NCBI GenBank assembly: GCA_030390025.1
Contig: JASTWF010000277.1
Location: 558,001 to 622,000, forward strand
Reading direction: 5' to 3'
DNA from: Squalus acanthias
Taxonomy: Eukaryota
Length of the DNA stretch: 64,000 bases
A model generated the notes under the pieces. That model made no database searches. It saw only the letters and a program-made list of their open reading frames with translations, and was not told the DNA's origin. This document shows, one piece after another, positions 59,701 through 64,000 of the stretch (position 1 is the first letter of the stretch; every line of letters starts with the position of its first letter). The position numbers and the translations under genes are program-made.

Positions 59701-62700
59701 TTGGGAAATGAGCTGTCTGTGTTTTTGTAATCAGCTTTCAATGTCGGTGAATGTTGCTGTCTGAGTCTGTGAATGGATCTGTCTGGGTCTGTGAATGGAG
59801 CAGCCTGGGTCTGTGAATGGAGCTGTCTGGGTCTGTGAATGGAGCTGTCTGGGTCTGTGAATGGAGCTGTCTGGGTCTGTGAATGGAGCTGTCTGGGTCT
59901 GTGAATGGAGCTGTCTCGGTCTGTGAATGGAGCTGTCTGGGTCTGTGAATGGAGCTGTCTGGGTCTGTGAATGGAGCTGCCTGGGTCTGTGAATGGAGCT
60001 GTCTGGGTCTGTGAATGGAGCTGTCTGGGTCTGTGAATGGAGCTGTCTGGGTCTGTGAATGGAGCTGCCTGGGTCTGTGAATGGAGCTGTCTGGGTCTGT
60101 GAATGGAGCTGTCTGGGTCTGTGAATGGAGCTGTCTGGGTCTGTGAATGGAGCTGTCTGGGTCTGTGAATGGAGCTGCCTGGGTCTGTGAATTGAGCTGT
60201 CTGAGTCTGTGAATGGAGCTGTCTGGGTCTGTGAATGGAGCTGTCTGGGTCTGTGAATTGAGCTGTCTGAGTCTGTGAATGGAGCTGTCTGGGTCTTTGA
60301 ATGGAGCTGCCTGGGTCTGTGAAATGAGCTGTCTGGGTCTGTGAAATGAGCTGTCTGGGTCTGTGAATGGAGCTGTCAGAGTCTGTGAATGGAGCTGTCT
60401 GGGTCTGTGAAATGAGCTGTCTGGGTCTGTGAAATTATCTGTCTGGTTCTGTGAAATGAACATACTGAGTCTGTGAATGGAACTGTCTGGGTCTGTGAAT
60501 GGAGCTGTCTGGGTCTGTGAATGGAGATGACTGGGTCTGTGAATTTAGATGACTGAGTCTCCGATTGGAGCTGTACAGGTCAGTGAAATTAATTGTCTGT
60601 GTCATGAATGGAGCTGTCTGGGTCTGTTAAATGAACTTTCTGAGTTTGTGAAATGAGCTGTCTCTGTTTTTGAAATCAGCTTTCCATGTCTGTGAATGTT
60701 GCTGTCTGTTTCTCTGAATGTAGCAGTCTGGGTCTGTGAATGGATCTGTCTGGATCTGTGAATGGAGCTGTCTGGATCTGTGAAATTAAGTTTCGGAGAC
60801 TGTGAATGGAGCTGTCTGAGTCTGTGAATGCAGCTGTCTGGGTCTGTGAAATTAGCTTTCTGAGACTGTGAATGGAGCTGTCTGTTTCTGTGAATGGAGC
60901 TGTCTGAGTCTGTGAATGGAGCTGTCTGAGTCTGCAAATGGAGCTGTCTCGGTCTGTGAATGGATCTGTCTGTGTCTGTGAATTGAGCTGTCTGGGTCTG
61001 TGAATGGAGCTGTCTGAGTCTGTAAATGGAGCTCTCTGGGTCTGTGAATGGAGCTGTCTGGGTCTGTGAATGGTGCTGTCTGGGTCTGTGAATTGAGCAG
61101 TCTGGGATTCTGAATGGAGCTGTCTGGGTCTGTGAATGGTGCTGTCTGGGTCTGTGAATTGAGCTGTCTGAGTCTGTGAATAGAGCTGTCTGTGTCTATT
61201 AATAAGTTGTCTGGGTCTGTGAAATGTGCTGTCTGTGTCAGTGAAAGGAGCTGTCTGGGCCTGTGAATGGAACTGCCTGTGTCTGTGATTGGAGCTGTCT
61301 GGGTCTGTGAAATGAGCTGTCTGAATCTGTGAAATGAGCTGTCTGAATCTGTGAATGGAGCTGTCTGGATCTGTGAAATGTGCTGTCTGGGTCTGTGAAT
61401 GGAACTGTCTGAGTCTGTGAATGGAGTTGTCTGGGTCTGTGATTGAAGCTGTCTGAGTCTGTGAAATGAGTTGTCTGATCTGTGAATGGTGATGTCTGGA
61501 TCTGTGAATGGAGATGTCTCGGTCTGTGATTGGAGCTGTCTGGGTCTGTGACTGGAGCTGTCTGGGTCTGTGAATGGAGCTGTCTGGGTTGGTGAATGGA
61601 GCTGGTTGGGTCTGTGACTGGAGCTATCTGGGTCTGTGAATGGAGCTGTCTGAGTCTCTGAATGGAGCTGTCTGGCTCTGTGAATGGATCTGTCTGAGTC
61701 TGTCAATGGATCTGTCTGAGTATGTCAATGGATCTGTCTGGGTCTGTGAATGGAACTGTCTGAGTCTGTGAATGGAGTTGTCTGGGTCTGTGATTGAAGC
61801 TGTCTGAGTCTGTGAAATGAGTTGTCTGATCTGTGAATGGTGATGTCTGGATCTGTGAATGGAGATGTCTCGGTCTGTGACTGGAGCTGTCTGGGTCTGT
61901 GAATGGAGCTGTCTGGGTTGGTGAATGAAGCTGTCTGGGTCTGTCAATGGATCTGTCTGAGTATGTCAATGGATCTGTCTGGGTCTGTGAATGGAGCTGT
62001 CTGGATCTGTGAAATGATCTTTCGTCGTCTGTGAATGGAGCTGTCTTGGTCTGTGAATGGAACTGTCTGCGTCTGTGGAAGGAGCTGTCTTGGTCAGTGA
62101 ATGCATCTGTGAATGGAGCTGTCTGGGTCTGTGAATGGAGCTATCAGAGTCTGTGAATGGAGTTGTCTGGGTCTGTGAAATGAGCTATCTGGGTCTGTGA
62201 AATGATCTGTCTGGTTCTGTGAAATGAACATTCTGAGTCTGTGAATGGAACTGCCTGTGTCTGTGATTGGAGCTGTCTGGGTCTGTGAAATGAGCTGTCA
62301 GAATCTGTGAAATGAGCTGTCTGAATCTGTGAATGGAGCTGTCTGGATCTGTGAAATGTGCTGTCTGGGTCTGTGAATGGAACTGTCTGAGTCTGTGAAT
62401 GGAGTTGTCTGGGTCTGTGATTGAAGCTGTCTGAGTCTGTGAAATGAGTTGTCTGATCTGTAAATGGTGATGTCTGGATCTGTGAATGGAGATGTCTCGG
62501 TCTGTGATTGGAGCTGTCTGGGTCTGTGACTGGAGCTGTCTGGGTCTGTGAATGGAGCTGTCTGGGTTGGTGAATGGAGCTGGTTGGGTCTGTGACTGGA
62601 GCTATCTGGGTCTGTGAATGGAGCTGTCTGAGTCTCTGAATGGAGCTGTCTGGCTCTGTGAATGGATCTGTCTGAGTCTGTCAATGGATCTGTCTGAGTA

Positions 62701-64000
62701 TGTCAATGGATCTGTCTGGGTCTGTGAATGGAACTGTCTGAGTCTGTGAATGGAGTTGTCTGGGTCTGTGATTGAAGCTGTCTGAGTCTGTGAAATGAGT
62801 TGTCTGATCTGTGAATGGTGATGTCTGGATCTGTGAATGGAGATGTCTCGGTCTGTGACTGGAGCTGTCTGGGTCTGTGAATGGAGCTGTCTGGGTTGGT
62901 GAATGAAGCTGTCTGGGTCTGTCAATGGATCTGTCTGAGTATGTCAATGGATCTGTCTGGGTCTGTGAATGGAGCTGTCTGGATCTGTGAAATGATCTTT
63001 CGTCGTCTGTGAATGGAGCTGTCTTGGTCTGTGAATGGAACTGTCTGCGTCTGTGGAAGGAGCTGTCTTGGTCAGTGAATGCATCTGTGAATGGAGCTGT
63101 CTGGGTCTGTGAATGGAGCTATCAGAGTCTGTGAATGGAGTTGTCTGGGTCTGTGAAATGAGCTATCTGGGTCTGTGAAATGATCTGTCTGGTTCTGTGA
63201 AATGAACATTCTGAGTCTGTGAATGGAGCTGCCTGGGTCTGTGAATTGAGCTGTCCGAGTCTGTGAATGGAGCTGTCTGGGTCTGTGAATGGAGCTGCAT
63301 GGGTCTCTGAATGGAGCTGTCTGTGTCATGAATGGAGCTGTCTGGGTCTGTGAATGGAGCTGTCTGGGTCTGTGAATGAAGCTGTCTGGGTCTGTGAAAG
63401 AAGCTGTCTGGGTCTGTGAAAGGAGCTGTCTTGGGCTTTGAATGGAGCTGCCTGGGTTTGTGAATGGAGTTGTCTGGGTCTGTGAATGGAGCTGTCTGAG
63501 TCTGTAAATTGAGCTGTCTGGGTCTGTGAATGGAGCTGTCTATGTCTGTGCATGGAGCTGCTAGAGTCTGTAAACGGAGCTGTCTGGGTCTCTGAATGGA
63601 GCTGTCTGTGTCTGTGAATGGAGCTGTCTATGTCTGTAAATGCAGCTGTCTGGGTCTGTAAATGGAGCTGTCTGGGTTTGTGAATGGAGTTGTCTGGGTC
63701 TGTGAATGGAGCTGAGTCTGTGAATGGATCTGTCTTGGTCTGTGAATGGAGCTGTCTGGGTCTGTGAATGGAGCTGTCTGGGTCTGTGAATGGAGATGAC
63801 TGGGTCTGTGAATTTAGATGACTGAGTCTCCGATTGGAGCTGTACAGGTCTGTGAAATTAATTGTCTGTGTCATGAATGGAGCTGTCTGGGTCTGTTAAA
63901 TGAACTTTCTGAGTTTGTGAAATGAGCTGTCTGTGTTTTTGAAATCAGCTTTCCATGTCTGTGAATGTTGCTGTCTGTTTCTCTGAATGTAGCAGTCTGG
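59700..64000. repeat. 22-bp AGCT-rich satellite (TCTGTGAATGGAGCTGTCTGGG)n, running off the window end
   Basis: Direct reading of the unit; 978-bp higher-order duplication (ORFs at 61624 and 62602 identical) and a ~3.27 kb recurrence (60520 vs 63790). Confidence 0.95.

Noticed and set aside
59738-63874. Long QTQTAPFTDPDSSIHRPR ORFs
   Set aside because: Stop-poor strand of the 22-bp satellite, open in several frames

Overview
Eukaryotic, very repeat-rich genomic DNA that reads as cartilaginous fish (shark/ray): abundant CR1 LINEs, L2 remnants, Deu-type SINEs and shark-type IgM constant exons. Recognisable host genes are few. The last three LRR exons of an NLR-like gene lie at 1561-2219 (+). 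Two IgM heavy-chain constant exons (Cmu2 57516-57824, Cmu3 55100-55408; - strand) each carry an in-frame TGA, and no Cmu1, Cmu4, TM, V, D or J segment was found in the window. The rest is a mosaic of tandem repeats (18, 22, 23, 25, 29, 38, 52, 68 and 75 bp units plus a ~1.8 kb macrosatellite) and retroelements, including a near-intact full-length CR1 abutted by a second CR1 and a near-identical inverted CR1 pair. The most notable unexplained structures are: a 68-bp tandem repeat carrying co-oriented CTCF motifs between the NLR and IgM loci; a >4 kb AGCT-rich, switch-region-like 22-bp array 5' of Cmu2; a minisatellite built from a CR1 ORF2 motif; hammerhead-like palindromes inside the macrosatellite; and a 75-bp satellite packed with haematopoietic transcription-factor motifs. 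Most ORFs in the supplied track are artefacts of repeats. Repeat boundaries are approximate (read by eye).
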